NCBI GenBank assembly: GCA_038087875.1
Contig: CM075985.1
Location: forward strand, 40,610,001 to 40,674,000
Length of the DNA: 64,000 nucleotides
Origin: Malacoraja senta
Lineage: Eukaryota
Direction of reading: 5' to 3'
Below the pieces are notes generated by a model that searched no databases, was not told the origin of the DNA, and saw only the letters and a program-made list of their open reading frames with translations. A program made the position numbers and the translations under genes. Positions 1 through 11,799 of the stretch are shown here, in pieces. The stretch's first letter is position 1; each line of letters starts with the position of its first letter.

Positions 1-134
1 TAGAACGTACTTTTGAATAACGTTCAGAGTCCAGTGGTAGTTTTAAGGTTCCCTTATTCACAGTTTGCAGTTGTTAGATATCCAGGACAGAGATCACAAG
101 ACAAATTAAAAGGACCGACAGAACAAAGCTGAAA

Positions 135-505
135 CCATGCATGAGTCGCTGCATTCAAAAGGCTGCCAGCATCATCAAGGATCCACACCATCCTGGCCAC
201 TGACTCATCTCCCCACTGCTTTCAGGTAGAAGGTACAGGAGCCTGACATCTGCAACATCCAGGTTCAGGAATAGCTGCTTCCCCATAGCCATCAGGCTAT
301 TAAACACAACTCAATCAAAACTGAACATTAATAGCTCATTGCACTTTATCTGATTATTTATGTGTGTATATATACATTCAATAGAATATGGTCACTGATC
401 TGTTCTGTACTTATTTATGCCTACTATATTCTGTTGTGTAGTTGTGCTGTGTTGTGCAAGAATTTCATTGTCCTATCTGGGACACATGACAAACTCTCTT
501 GAATC
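135..505 (+). mobile_element. Rex1/Babar-type LINE, degraded 3' fragment
   Basis: Sequence (gcatcatcaaggatccacacc...caggaatagctgcttccccatagccatcaggctatt...gacacatgacaaactctcttgaatctcttgaatcttga) resembles Rex1/Babar 3' ends with a short tandem tail; related pieces at about 14075-15290 and 60150-60455. Family name from recall; boundaries approximate. Confidence 0.55.
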
Positions 506-1631
506 TCTTGAATCTTGAAAACAGCAGGATAAGGAATTCATCAGGTAGACACAAAATGCGGGAGTAACTCAGCGGGTCAGGCAGCAACTCTGGAGCGAAG
601 GAATAGATGATGTTTTGCGTTGAGACCCTAATCAGAATAAGACGGGTCACCGTTTCTCCAGAGATGCTGTCTGACCCGCTATTACTCCAGCTTTTTGATT
701 CTGCTTTTGGTTTAAACCAACATCTGCAGTTCCTTGTGCACACCCAAGTTGTGTCCTTTCTTTATTGGTCCTGATCCCAGGGGGTTGGTTGGCATTACCT
801 ATTTACCTTTGTCCTATTAAGGGATTGTTGGTCACATTTCTGCCTTTGTCTTTTATCAATTATCATCTTACGTTCACAAGTTGTTCTTTGCCTCTGGGCA
901 TGTTCAGACTTCTTTTCAAGGAATCGGTAGTTTCTCGCAAACACCTCAGCAATTCTCTTCAAATCCCTAAAGATCGTAGCCTGTGCATTATCCAGAGATG
1001 CTGCCTGACCGGCTGAGTTACCCCAACACTTTGTGTCTTTCTTAATTTTAGGAAGGAACTGCGGATGCTGATTGAAACCGAAGATTAACACAACAAGCTG
1101 GAGTCACTCAGTGGGGCCAGGCAGCAAGTCTGGAGAAAGGGAATAGGTGATGTTTCAGGTTGAGGACCTCCTTCACACCTGCCACCAAAATGTCACATAT
1201 CTTTTCATCTGAGAGGCTGAGTGGACTCCAGCTTCTGGTGTCTATCTTGTATCTTTCTTAAATTGTGTTTTACTTCATGCATGTGGCAATAGTTGGTTTT
1301 ATATTATTGGCAGAAAATCCCATTGAAAGTAGGAAGTATTCTGTATTATAAGCAACAGGTGGAATGGAGATGCATCTGTTTACAATGCCCTGTTACAATG
1401 TCCTGTTACCGTGACTCCCATGACTTATTTACGAGTTATTTAATCACCAGTTCCAGTGTGAGGAAGGATGAGAATGGCAAAGGAAGGGAAGCTTGCATAA
1501 CCAAAAAAGGTTGTAAATATAATTAGAAAGAAAAAAAAAAGAAAGTGCATGTAAGGTTCAGGAGGATGGAATCAAGCAGGAGCTTTGAGGAATGTAAAGA
1601 AAGGAGGAAATAACTCAAGTGGGTGAGTAGA

Positions 1632-1908
1632 GGGTGGGCACAGCGGCACAGCTGGAGAGTTGCTGCCTTGCAGCACGTGCAGCGTTGGAGACCTGCCTTC
1701 AATCATGACTACGGGTGCTGTCTGTAAGGAGTTTGTACGTTTCTCCCGATGACTACGTGGGGTTTCTCCGAGATCTTTCGGTTTCCTCCCACACTCCAAA
1801 GACATACAGGTATGTAGGTAAATCGGGATTAGAAAAAATGTAAATTGTCCCCTAGTGTGGGCTGAAGGGTCTGTTTCTGCGCTGTATCTCTAAAGCTTAA
1901 AAACTAAA
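1632..1908 (+). mobile_element. tRNA-derived SINE (HE1/V-SINE-like)
   Basis: tRNA-like head (ggcacagcggcacagctggagagttgctgcc...ttcaatc), central block tttgtacgtttctcccc...ggtttcctcccacactccaaagac, and a CR1-like tail (gggctgaagggtctgtttctgcgctgta). Many copies in the window. Confidence 0.75.
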
Positions 1909-2212
1909 GGGGCTTATTGGCTTTGGCGAGTCGGATTACAGAAAATCCCACATCTTTTTCAAGGTTTCAAGGTCAGTTTATTGTCACATGTACCAATTAA
2001 AGTGCAATGAAATTCAGATTACAATACAGCCACACTAAAAAAAGAGCAAAGGCCGCCAACACCTCGAAGTTAGGCCGCAGTGTGGGACGGAGATGCTGTA
2101 CGGAAAAAAATAGCATCTAAATCGAGGTAAGAGATTAGAAAAAATTTCCTCCATCCCCCCACGCCACCCCCCCCCCCCCCCCCCACCCCCAAAACAAGCT
2201 AAAGAACAGTAA

Positions 2213-2545
2213 TGGGGCCTGTCCCCACTTAGGCGATTTTTCAGGCAACTACAGGCGACTAGTTTATGGCCACATGCTCACCGGTGGTCGCCGGGAGTAG
2301 TCTCAGTCGCGGAAAAAGTCGTAGTGTCTTACTGGTCACCGCTAAATTTAGAACATGTTGAAAAAAATTTCGGCGACAGTGGGTTTTAACGCCATTGAGC
2401 ATAGCTTGACTTGTCCTGGCGTAGGTGCTGTCGTAGGTTGTCGCCAGGATGACATAAGTTTGTCACTGGTTTTTTCGGCGACCCGCTACGACTATGACAG
2501 TCGCCGGCAGTTGCCCTAAAAAAATCACCAAGTGGGACAGGCCCA
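2213..2545. mobile_element. PIF/Harbinger-type MITE, 333 bp
   Basis: TIRs tggggcctgtccccactt / aagtgggacaggccca flanked by a TAA direct repeat (2210-2212 and 2546-2548); no ORF. Confidence 0.8.
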
Positions 2546-2769
2546 TAAAGAACATGCATTTTAACACATACAAAACAGACAAAAAGGAGGAAGGGACAGG
2601 CAGGGACTGTTGGCGAGGCAGCCAGTGCACCAAAACACGAGGGAAATGGTGGGGATTGCTTAAAGATGTAGCAGGGAATATTTGCTTGTTGTTTTGTGGG
2701 CGGAGGCGAGGTACAAAACAAATACTTTGCATTTGGTTTCACCAAGAAAGACATGGTGAAAAGTAAGGA

Positions 2770-3600
2770 CTTTTAATAGTAAGTACAGCATATAATCCCT
2801 CCAACATTTTTCGCCACCTGCACAGGATCCGACTACTGGCCACATCCTCTCCATCTCTACCACTTTCTGCTTTCCGCAGAGATCGTTTCCCTCCGAAACT
2901 CCCTGGTCACAACTCGTCCCATCACACCCAAACCACCCCCTCCCCAGATACATTCCCCTGCAACCGCACGAGATGCAACACCTGTCCCTTTACCTCCCTC
3001 TCAACTACATCCAAGGACCCAAAGTCTTTCCAGATGAGGTAGAGGTTCACTAGCTTCTCCTCCAACCTCATCTACTGTATCCGCTGTTCCAAACCAGTTG
3101 TCAATTTCTCTGCATCGGCAAGGACCAAGCGCAGGCTCGGCAATAATTTCGCTGAACACCTCAGCTCAGTCCCGTCTTAACGTATCTGATCTCCCGGTGG
3201 CCCAGCACTTCAACTCCCCTTCCCATTCCCAATCTGACCTTTCTGTCCTGGGGCCCTCCTACATTGTCAGAGTGACGCCCAGCGCAAATTGGAGGAACAG
3301 CACCTCATATTTCGTTTGGGTAGTTTGCACTCCAGCGGTATGAACATTGACTTCTCTAACTGTCGATAGCCCTTGATTTCTATCTCCATCCCCTCCCCCT
3401 TTTCCAGTTCTCCCACCAGTCTTACTGACTCCGCCTACATTCTATCTTTGTCCCTCCCCTAACATCAGTCCGAAGAACGGTCTCGACCCGAAACTTCGCC
3501 CATTCCAGAGAAGCTGCCTGTCCCCGCTGAGTTACTCCAGCATTTTGTGTCCTACCTTTGATTTTACCATCTGCAGCATCTGCAGTTCTTTTCTTACACA
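2770..3600 (+). mobile_element. Penelope-like element, degraded 3' part (GIY-YIG region plus terminal repeat)
   Basis: Degenerate match to the GIY-YIG segment at 14460-14780 (tccaacctcatctactgtatccgctgttcc; gtggcccagcacttcaactcc), followed by the terminal block with gaagaacggtctcgacccgaaac. Confidence 0.75.
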
Positions 3601-3744
3601 TGGAGAATCAGTGTGGGGGAATGCTAACATGCAGGGGCCACTTTGATGTTAAGCAAGAACGAGGGTGTTGTGTCACTTGAAGAGCATTAAGGTGGATAAA
3701 TCCCCAGGACAGAGGGGTGTAGTGGACAATAATAATAATTGTTG

Positions 3745-4215
3745 AAAACATTAACGATGCAGTGGTGCTGGTTTCCGGACGGGTGCGATGACGGACGCAC
3801 CACACATCTCTATCCTCCATGGCAGCTGGCAAGCTCCTCTTTTGTCCTCTACACACGCGTCTTCCATCTACGTCTTCAGCATTTGTCTTGATTGGCCGTC
3901 CCGGGTCAAGTCTTCCATGGGTTGGTACCCACAGCACAACCTTGTTTTGCTGGCATTTCTGGGGTGGCGAAGCCAGTAAACCAGCGAGACTCATCCTTCT
4001 CTACGTGATCTTCTCGGTCAGAGGTGGAGGTCTTCCCATAGAGCTGGGCGTTGGTGATGTGGTCACTCCAACTGACAATTTGAACTTTTTCAAGCATTCA
4101 GGTGTAGGTACCAGCGAGAGACATGGGACAGTACTCGAGGGAGTCTATGGCTCACACCCGTACAATAATATGGTCTCTACAGTAACACGGAAGGCCAAAT
4201 ATTCAGGTTTGTACT
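3745..4215 (-). mobile_element. RTE-clade (RTE-X-like) LINE, 3' fragment
   Basis: Minus-strand frames give ...TRMLEKVQIVSWSDHITNAQLYG... and ...VVLWVPTHGRLDPGRP..., resembling the C-terminus of RTE-clade ORFs; frameshifted. Confidence 0.65.
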
Positions 4216-4225
4216 TCAGTAACAA

Positions 4226-4411
4226 GTAGACAAAAAATGCTGGAGAAACTCAGCAGGTGTGGCAGCATCTATGGAGCGAAGGAAATAGGCAACGTTTCGG
4301 GCCGATACCCTTCTTCAGTCTGACGAAGAGTTTCGGCCCGAAACATTGCCTATTTCATTCGCTCCATAAATGCTGCCGCACCCGTTGAGTTTCTCCAGCA
4401 TTTTGGTCTAC
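4226..4411. repeat. Fold-back (inverted) pair of Penelope terminal repeats
   Basis: Arms of about 90 bp (gtagacaaaaaatgctggagaaactcagc... / ...gagtttctccagcattttggtctac) centred on cagtctg near 4316-4322. Confidence 0.85.
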
Positions 4412-4585
4412 CTTCGATTTTCCAGCATCTGCAGTTCCTTCTTGAACAGTGACAAGTAGAGTTCTGCAGGGATCTGTCCTGTGACACTTGCTACTTGTGA
4501 CATATATAAATGACTTGGGTCTTGATGTTCAGAAATTACCCCAGTCATAACAATTAATCAAATAATGATTTTGTTTTTCTTTCAG

Positions 4586-4860
4586 AATATCACTATGTTC
4601 AAGGACAGTTTGGTTGTGAGGTGAACGATCACAGTCCCACTGTAGGGATATTGAAGTTGGCTTTTGACGGAAGATATGCATTTAGTTTTGATAAGGACAA
4701 ACTAAAGTGGACAGTGCATGATCCAATAGCTGAGACCTCCAAAGAGAAATGGGACAAGAATGAAAAAATGAACCGTTATTTCAAGAGCTTGTTAGAAATG
4801 ACTGTGTGGCTCTATGGGATACATACTATGCAATTGGAAAGACATACCTGACCAGAAAAG
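4586..4860 (+). CDS. MHC class I-like heavy chain, alpha2 exon (1-nt frameshift at about 4796-4799)
   Basis: ttttctttcag acceptor and gtgag donor, phase 1/1. Reads YHYVQGQFGCEVNDHSPTVGILKLAFDGRYAFSFDKDKLKWTVHDPIAETSKEKWDKNEKMNRYFKSLLE, then after a frame shift DCVALWDTYYAIGKTYLTRK. Both alpha2 cysteines and the AFDG, SFDK and KW motifs are present. Length is 275 nt, one short of 276. Confidence 0.9.
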
Positions 4861-5157
4861 GTGAGTTCAGACCAAAGGGTGTTGTTTTGTGATGATAGGC
4901 ATTGAGTAATATTTCACTCTGAGGCAATGAGTAATATTATCTCTGACCCAATCATGACAGAGGGAAAGGTCATTTGGCCCATTGAGTCTATGCTAGTTTT
5001 CAATGCAATGTCGAAAAACGGTTCCACACCTCTCTCACAACGTGCACTCAGCTCCCTCGGATTCTCCTTTCATTCAGCTGCATTACGGATAATTTGCAAT
5101 GTCCAACTAACTCACTGGCACGTCTTTGGTATATTGGACAAAACTGGAGCACATGGA

Positions 5158-6200
5158 GTAGGTATGTTACAAAACTTACCTTCAGCGGCGCTGCAGACCT
5201 GTCACTGGCCGTGTGCGCGACTTTGGCGCCTTTGAGGGGGGGCGGGGTTAAAATGCGGTTTTCTCCTGCCTGCCGGAGTTTTATTTTCTCGGGGTGCGGC
5301 TAATGCTGAGGAATTGTTCCGACTGCCGGTCTGTGAATAATGTTTTAAACATCGCTGGACAATTTCAGCGCTGGAGTAAAATAAAAATCCGCTTCTAATG
5401 CCGTGAACGCCGATAAGCGGGACGCATCTCACGTACGGGACACCTAAAGGTAAGCCCTTTATTTTACATATAAACGTGCTGCTTAGGATGACCTTAATCC
5501 AAATTTTACGTTGCGAAAAGGTGATTTAGGCCCCATACAAACCGGCAGTGTTTTTCCTGCCGATATGGGGTTCAAATTCACCGCAAATGCAACGTTCCAA
5601 TCGATCGCGTTACACAAAATCCCACTCGCAAGATGATTTAAATAGCCATTAATTTACGGGATTTAAACGCTAAATTCCTTCCATTTGGCGTATAAATTCA
5701 TGACAATAAGATTAAAAATTATGTTATATTGTGAATCCTTGTGTGAATGTTATTTGGACACTTAGGGTATTTAAAAATGTTAATCTTTTCTTAAGGAATG
5801 GATAGATGTTTAGATCTAGTAATTGAATTTTGTAATTAGCTACAAAATTCGGTAACTATCTAATTATATGCTTTAATTTCAGGTCATCCAAGTAAGATTG
5901 GTTCATATTTGTTTCAGAATGCTTCAATCTAGAATAACTGAAAATGTATTTCAGTTCTCATAATTTTTGAGAAAGTTATAGGCTTTTCACTGTCCTCGAT
6001 CACAGCTTTTGTGTTCAGTCAATGGAAAAGCAATAGGGAACAAAATGCTAATTTCCGAGTATTTAAATGGCCATACATTTTTTAATACTTAAGGTATGAA
6101 AGTGAATTAGATGTCAAATTGAACTTCTTTTTATGCTTTATCTGATGGGATAAATTGCAGACTTGATTTTTAAAATCTCAAAATGTTGTAAGATTGCTAC
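5158..6200. mobile_element. Non-autonomous DNA transposon with imperfect TIRs (possibly hAT)
   Basis: Left end gtaggtatgttacaaaactt vs reverse complement of right end gtagcaatcttacaacattt (15/20 match); flanked by ATGGA on both sides; no ORF. Confidence 0.65.
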
Positions 6201-9200
6201 ATGGAAGAAGCCAACTGAGTCATAAGGTCAGAAGTGATGGGTGCAGCATTAGAACATTCGGCCCATCAAGTCTACTTCGCGATTCATTCATGGCTGATCT
6301 ATTTTCCCTCCTAACCCCATTTTCCTGCCTTCTCCCCATAACCCCTGACGTGCATGCTAATCAAGAATCTATCTATGCCTTAAAAATATTCATTGACGTA
6401 CTCCAAAGCCTTCTATGGCTAACAATTCCACAGATTCACCACCCTCTGACTAAATAAATTCCTCCTCAACTCCTTCCTAAAGGATTGTCCTTTAATATTG
6501 TGACTATGACCTCTAGTCATAGACTCTCCCACCATTGGAGACATCCTCTCCACATCCACTCTATCCAAACCTTTTCACTATTTGGTATGATTCAATGAGG
6601 TCCCCCCTTATTCTTCTAAACTCTAAACGCCGTCAAATGGGCATCATATGTTAACCCATTCATTCCTGGGATCATTCTTGTACACCTCCTCTGGACCCTC
6701 TCCAGAGCCAGCACATCCTTCCTCAGATATGGTTCCCCAAATTGCTCACAATGCTCCAAATGTGCATTGACTGGCACCTCAGCATTACATCCCTGTCTGA
6801 CAGGGAGAAAGTGTCATTGATGTCTTTCATATTACTTAACCATGGATTTTCTTAACCACAGTTGACAGCCCCTAATGGGATTGCATGTCTATCACACATC
6901 TCTATAGAGCAGAGCGTTAAGCTTCGAAGGGCAACATTTACACGAGTTGTGCAGGCAAGTGTTTTTTTTGCGCAAAGAGAGTTTGATACCTAGAATGTGC
7001 TACCAGGAGTGGTGGTAGAGGAAGACATGATAATGGTGCTTAAGAATGTTTTGGACAGGCTTGTGGATATGCAGAGAGAATGTACAAACTCCGTCCAGAC
7101 AGCACTCTAGTCAGGATCGAACCCGGGTCTCTAATGCTGGAAGACAGCCACTCTATCGCTGTGCCACTGTGTTGCCTTAGTTTAACTTGGTATCCTCTTT
7201 GACATGGACATTGCAGGCTGAAAGTCCTGTTCTTGTGCTGTACTGTTCTATGTTCTACATATTCTCATTGGACAGGGCAGGGATACGTTTTCCACTCCTC
7301 CAGTCTCCATGTTGAGTACTTCCTCCCAGTTTAAATCTGATTCAATTAGTCAATCCATTTCTCCCTCCCCTCTTCCTGCCCTGCTCCCCATTCTATATTT
7401 TGAAGTAGTCATTCCCTTTTTCGCTCCCTGGTCTGCTCTACTATCCCCACAAATGTCCTCTACTTTACTATCTTGGTGCATGCAACATCTATCCATTTAC
7501 CTCTTCCCTTCCCACTGTCCATAGACCCAGGCAGTTCTTCAAAGTGAAACGGCGTGAAACACTTGCACTTCCAGTCAAATCTACTGCATTCGTTTTTCAT
7601 GACGTAATCTTCCACATTGCATCAATGAAACAAATTGAGTGGCTGCTTTCTGGAGAACCTGCATTCAATCCATGGGACCTTCTAAGATTCCTAATTCCTG
7701 CCACTTTAATTCTCCATTCAACCCACCATGATCCATCCATCTGTATCTCTTACACTAGGATAACAAGGGTGAAAGTAACCTTGAGGACCAACAACCCAGC
7801 TTCTGCCTGGATATGTTGCAGCCTTTCAAACTCAATTTCACATTCAACGAGTTGCATTCCCTGTCGATAAAAGAACTGGTCCTTTCAACTGTTAAGTTGA
7901 AGTCAGAAAGAACTGATACAAGAAGTATGAAGAAGGATTCAAAGCTGAAACATTACGTAACCATGCCTTGCAGATGCTGCCTGAGCCACTGAGTTACACC
8001 TGCACGTTTTTGTGGAGGGTTTTAATTACAGTTAAGTTACCTACCTGCAAAATCAGAACAGCGTGACCTACTTGAGTACTGCATTATGTGCTGCATTTTA
8101 TTTAACCCTGTTTAGTTTCATGCATGCAAAGATGCAGTGAAATGGTTTGGATGGAACAGCAGATGCTGGACACCCCATCCCCATCGCACCCCAGAGATGC
8201 TGCCTGTCCCGCTGAGTTACTCCAGCATTTTGTGTCTATCTGCTTTGAAATGGTTGTTCTGCATGCTCTCCAGTCAAGTCATACTGTACATCAGTTCAAT
8301 TCGTCCTCTTCTGGAACAGCTCGCAGAGATCCACCACATTCCAGGACTATCTTGCAGCTTCCAAGTCTCTGAAAAGTCTGATTTTGCCCCAAGGAAATAC
8401 CCAATTTCTCATTTTCTCATGTCAAGGACCAATGTCATAACAGCACTGGATTGATGAAGTAGTGGCGCCTGCCTCAGTTTACAAAATCCACCTGCCACAA
8501 AATCCCACTCGCAAGATGATTTTAATAGCCATTAATTTACGGGAATTAAACGCTAAATTCCTTCCATTTTGCGTATAAATTCATGACAATAAGATTAAAA
8601 ATCATGTTATATTGTGAATTCTTGTGTGAATGTTATTTGGACACTTAGGCTATTTAAAAATGTTAATCTTTTCTTAAGGAATGGATAGATGTTTAGATCT
8701 AGTAATTGAATTTTGTAATTAGCTACAAAATTCGGTAACTATCTAATTATATGCTTTAATTTCAGGTCATCCAAGTAAGATTGGTTCATATTTGTTTCAG
8801 AATGCTTCAATCTAGAATAACTGAAAATGTATTTCAGTTCTCATTATTTTTAAGAAAGTTATAGGCTTTTCACTGTCCTCGATCACAGCTTTTGTGTTCA
8901 GTCAATGGAAAAGCAATAGGGAACAAAATGCTAATTTCCGAGTATGTAAATGGCCATACATTTTTTAATACTTAAGATATGAAAGTGAATTAGATGTCAA
9001 ATTGAACTTCTTTTTATGCTTTATCTGATGGGATAAATTGCAGACTTGATTTTTAAAATCTCAAAATTTTGTAAGATTGCTACATGGAAGAAGCCAACTG
9101 AGTCATAAGGTCAGAAGTGATGGTGCAGCATTAGAACATTCGGCCCATCAAGTCTACTTCGCGATTCATTCATGGCTGATCTATCTTTCCCTCCTAACCC

Positions 9201-11363
9201 CATTCTCCTGCCTTCTCCCCCTAACCCCTGTCGTGCATGCTAATCAAGAATCTATCTATGCCTTAAAAATATCCATTGACGTACTCCAAAGCCTTCTGTG
9301 GCAAACCATTCCACAGATTCACCACCCTCTGACTAAATAAACTCCTCCTCAACTCCTTCCTAAAGGATTGTCCTTTAATATTGTGACTATGACCTCTAGT
9401 CATAGACTCTCCCACCATTGGAGACATCCTCTCCACATCCACTCTATCCAAACCTTTTCACTATTTGGTATGGTTCAATGAGGTTCCCCCTTATTCTTCT
9501 AAACTCTAAACGCCGTCAAATGGGCATCATATGTTAACCCATTCATTCCTGGGATCATTCTTGTACACCTCCTCTGGACCCTCTCCAGAGCCAGCACATC
9601 CTTCCTCAGATATGGTTCCCCAAATTGCTCACAATGCTCCAAATGTGCAATGACTGGCACCTCAGCATTACATCCCTGTCTGACAGGGAGAAAGTGTCAT
9701 TGATGTCTTTCATATTACTTAACCATGGATTTTCTTAACCACAGTTGACAGCCCCTAATGGGATTGCATGTCTATCACACATCTCTATAGAGCACAGCGT
9801 TAAGCTTCGAAGGGCAACATTTACACGAGTTGTGCAGGCAAGTGTTTTTTTTGCACAGAGAGAGGTTGATGCCTGGAATGTGCTACCAGGAGTGGTGGTA
9901 GAGGAAGACATGATAATGGTGCTTAAGAATGTTTTGGACAGGCTTGTGGATATGCAGAGAGAATGTACAAACTCCGTCCAGACAGCACTCTAGTCAGGAT
10001 CGAACCCGGGTCTCTAATGCTGGAAGACAGCCACTCTATCACTGTGCCACTGTGTTGCCTTAGTTTAACTTGGTATCCTCTTTGACATGGACATTGCAGG
10101 CTGAAAGTCCTGTTCTTGTGCTGTACTGTTCTATGTTCTATATATTCTCATTGGACAGGGCAGGGATACGTTTTCCACTCCTCCAGCCTCCATGTTGAGT
10201 ACTTCCTCCCAGTTTAAATCTGATTCAATTAGTCAATCCATTTCTCCCTCCCCTCCTCCTGCCCTGCTCCCCATTCTATATTTTGAAGTAGTCATTCCCT
10301 TTTTCGCTCCCTGGTCTGCTCTACTATCCCCACAAATGTACTCTACTTTACTATCTTGGTGCATGCAACATCTATCCATTTACCTCTTCCCGTCCCACTG
10401 TCCATAGACCCAGGCAGTTCTTCAAAGTGAAACGGCGTGAAACACTTGCACTTCCAGTCAAATCAACTGCATTTGGTTTTCATGACGTAATCTTCCACAT
10501 TGCATCAATGAAACAAATTGAGTGGCTGCTTTCTGGAGAACCTGCATTCAATCCATGGGACTTCCTAAGATTCCTAATTCCTGCCACTTTAATTCTCCAT
10601 TCAACCCACCATGATCCATCCATCTGTATCTCTTACACTAGGATAACAAGGGTGAAAGTAACCCTGAGGACCAACAACCCAGCTTCTGTCTGGACATGTT
10701 GCAGCCTTTCAAACTCAATTTCACATTCAACGAGTTGCATTCCCTGTCGATAAAAGAACTGGTCCTTTCAACTGTTAAGTTGAAGTCAGAAAGAACTGAT
10801 ACAAGAAGAATGAAGAATGATTCCAAGCTGAAACATTACGTAACCATGCCTTGCAGATGCTGCCTGAGCCACTGAGTTACACCTGCACGTTTTTGTGGGC
10901 GGTTTTAATTACAGTTAAGTTACCTACCTGCAAAATCAGAACAGCGTGACCTACTTGAGTACTGCATTATGTGCTGCATTTTATTTAACCCTGTTTAGTT
11001 TCATGCATGCAAAGATGCAGTGAAATGGTTTGGATGGAACAGCAGATGCTGGACACCCCATCCCCATCGCACCGCAGAGATGCTGCCTGTCCCGCTGAGT
11101 TACTCCAGCTTTTAGTGTCTATCTGCTTTGAAATGGTTGTTCTGCATGCTCTCCAGTCAAGTCATACTGTACATAAGTTCAATTCGTCCTCTTCTGGAAC
11201 AGCTCGCAGAGGTCCACCACATTCCAGGACTATCTTGCAGCTTCCAAGTCTCTGAAAAGTCTGATTTTGCCCCAAGGAAATACCCAATTTCTCATTTTCT
11301 TATGTCAAGGACCAATGTCATAACAGCACTGGATTGATGAAGTAGTGGCGCCTGCCTCAGTTT
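5614..11363 (+). repeat. Tandem duplication, 2,883-bp period (5614-8480 and 8497-11363, 16-nt filler 8481-8496)
   Basis: Constant offset of 2883 at both ends and at paired ORF-track entries (6194/9077, 7309/10192, 7544/10427, 8124/11007); scattered substitutions between copies. Confidence 0.95.
6280..6790 (-). mobile_element. CR1 LINE, degraded 3' fragment (duplicated at about 9163-9673)
   Basis: Minus strand reads like a CR1 RT C-terminus/3' end (MDRVDVERMSPMVGESMTRGHSHNIKGQSFRKELRRSLFSQRVVNLWNGLP in the duplicate copy). Confidence 0.75.
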
Positions 11364-11588
11364 AAGTTTTTCTGTTTCAAGATTGTGATCGAACCCTCGT
11401 CACTGGAACTGTGCCGCAGTGCCATCCCATTACGTATCCGTCTCAATTATCTTTCAACATGCTGGAATCACTTTTTTAAAAAATCCTTTTTAGACTTTTT
11501 TCCTGAATTGTTCAACATAAACAGTTATGCTACAACAGTTAACCGCAGCTACCACTTAGTTCCAGAGACGTAACAACACAAGATATAG

Positions 11589-11774
11589 TGTTGGAAGAAT
11601 GATCAAACTCACACATAGTGGTTAGAATCCATAGTCTATTATTAGTAACTCTGCAGAAGAAACACAGGGTGCTTTCTTCTCAGCGTGCTTACTACTAGTC
11701 TACCAGAGAGAGAAGGAGAGAGCTCTCTAATAAGCATGTGGGCAGAGCCACGGTATGAGTGACACTAATATACA
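11589..11774 (-). mobile_element. Probable solo LTR, 186 bp
   Basis: Begins tgttgg and ends ataca (TG...CA); flanks tatag / gatag (4/5 match, candidate 5-bp TSD); no internal coding sequence. Confidence 0.5.
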
Positions 11775-11799
11775 GATAGGCACAGGGGTAAGTTTAGGT

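Noticed and set aside
1632-1720. tRNA gene
   Set aside because: The tRNA-like sequence is the head of a SINE; it continues into SINE body and tail with no cloverleaf 3' end.
1-4585. Alpha1 or leader exon of the class I-like gene
   Set aside because: No segment with alpha1 motifs and suitable splice sites was seen; the region is mostly repeats. These exons probably lie upstream of the window.
4621-4851. ORF-track 76-aa protein as a stand-alone gene
   Set aside because: It starts at an internal GTG and is the alpha2 exon read past its frameshift.
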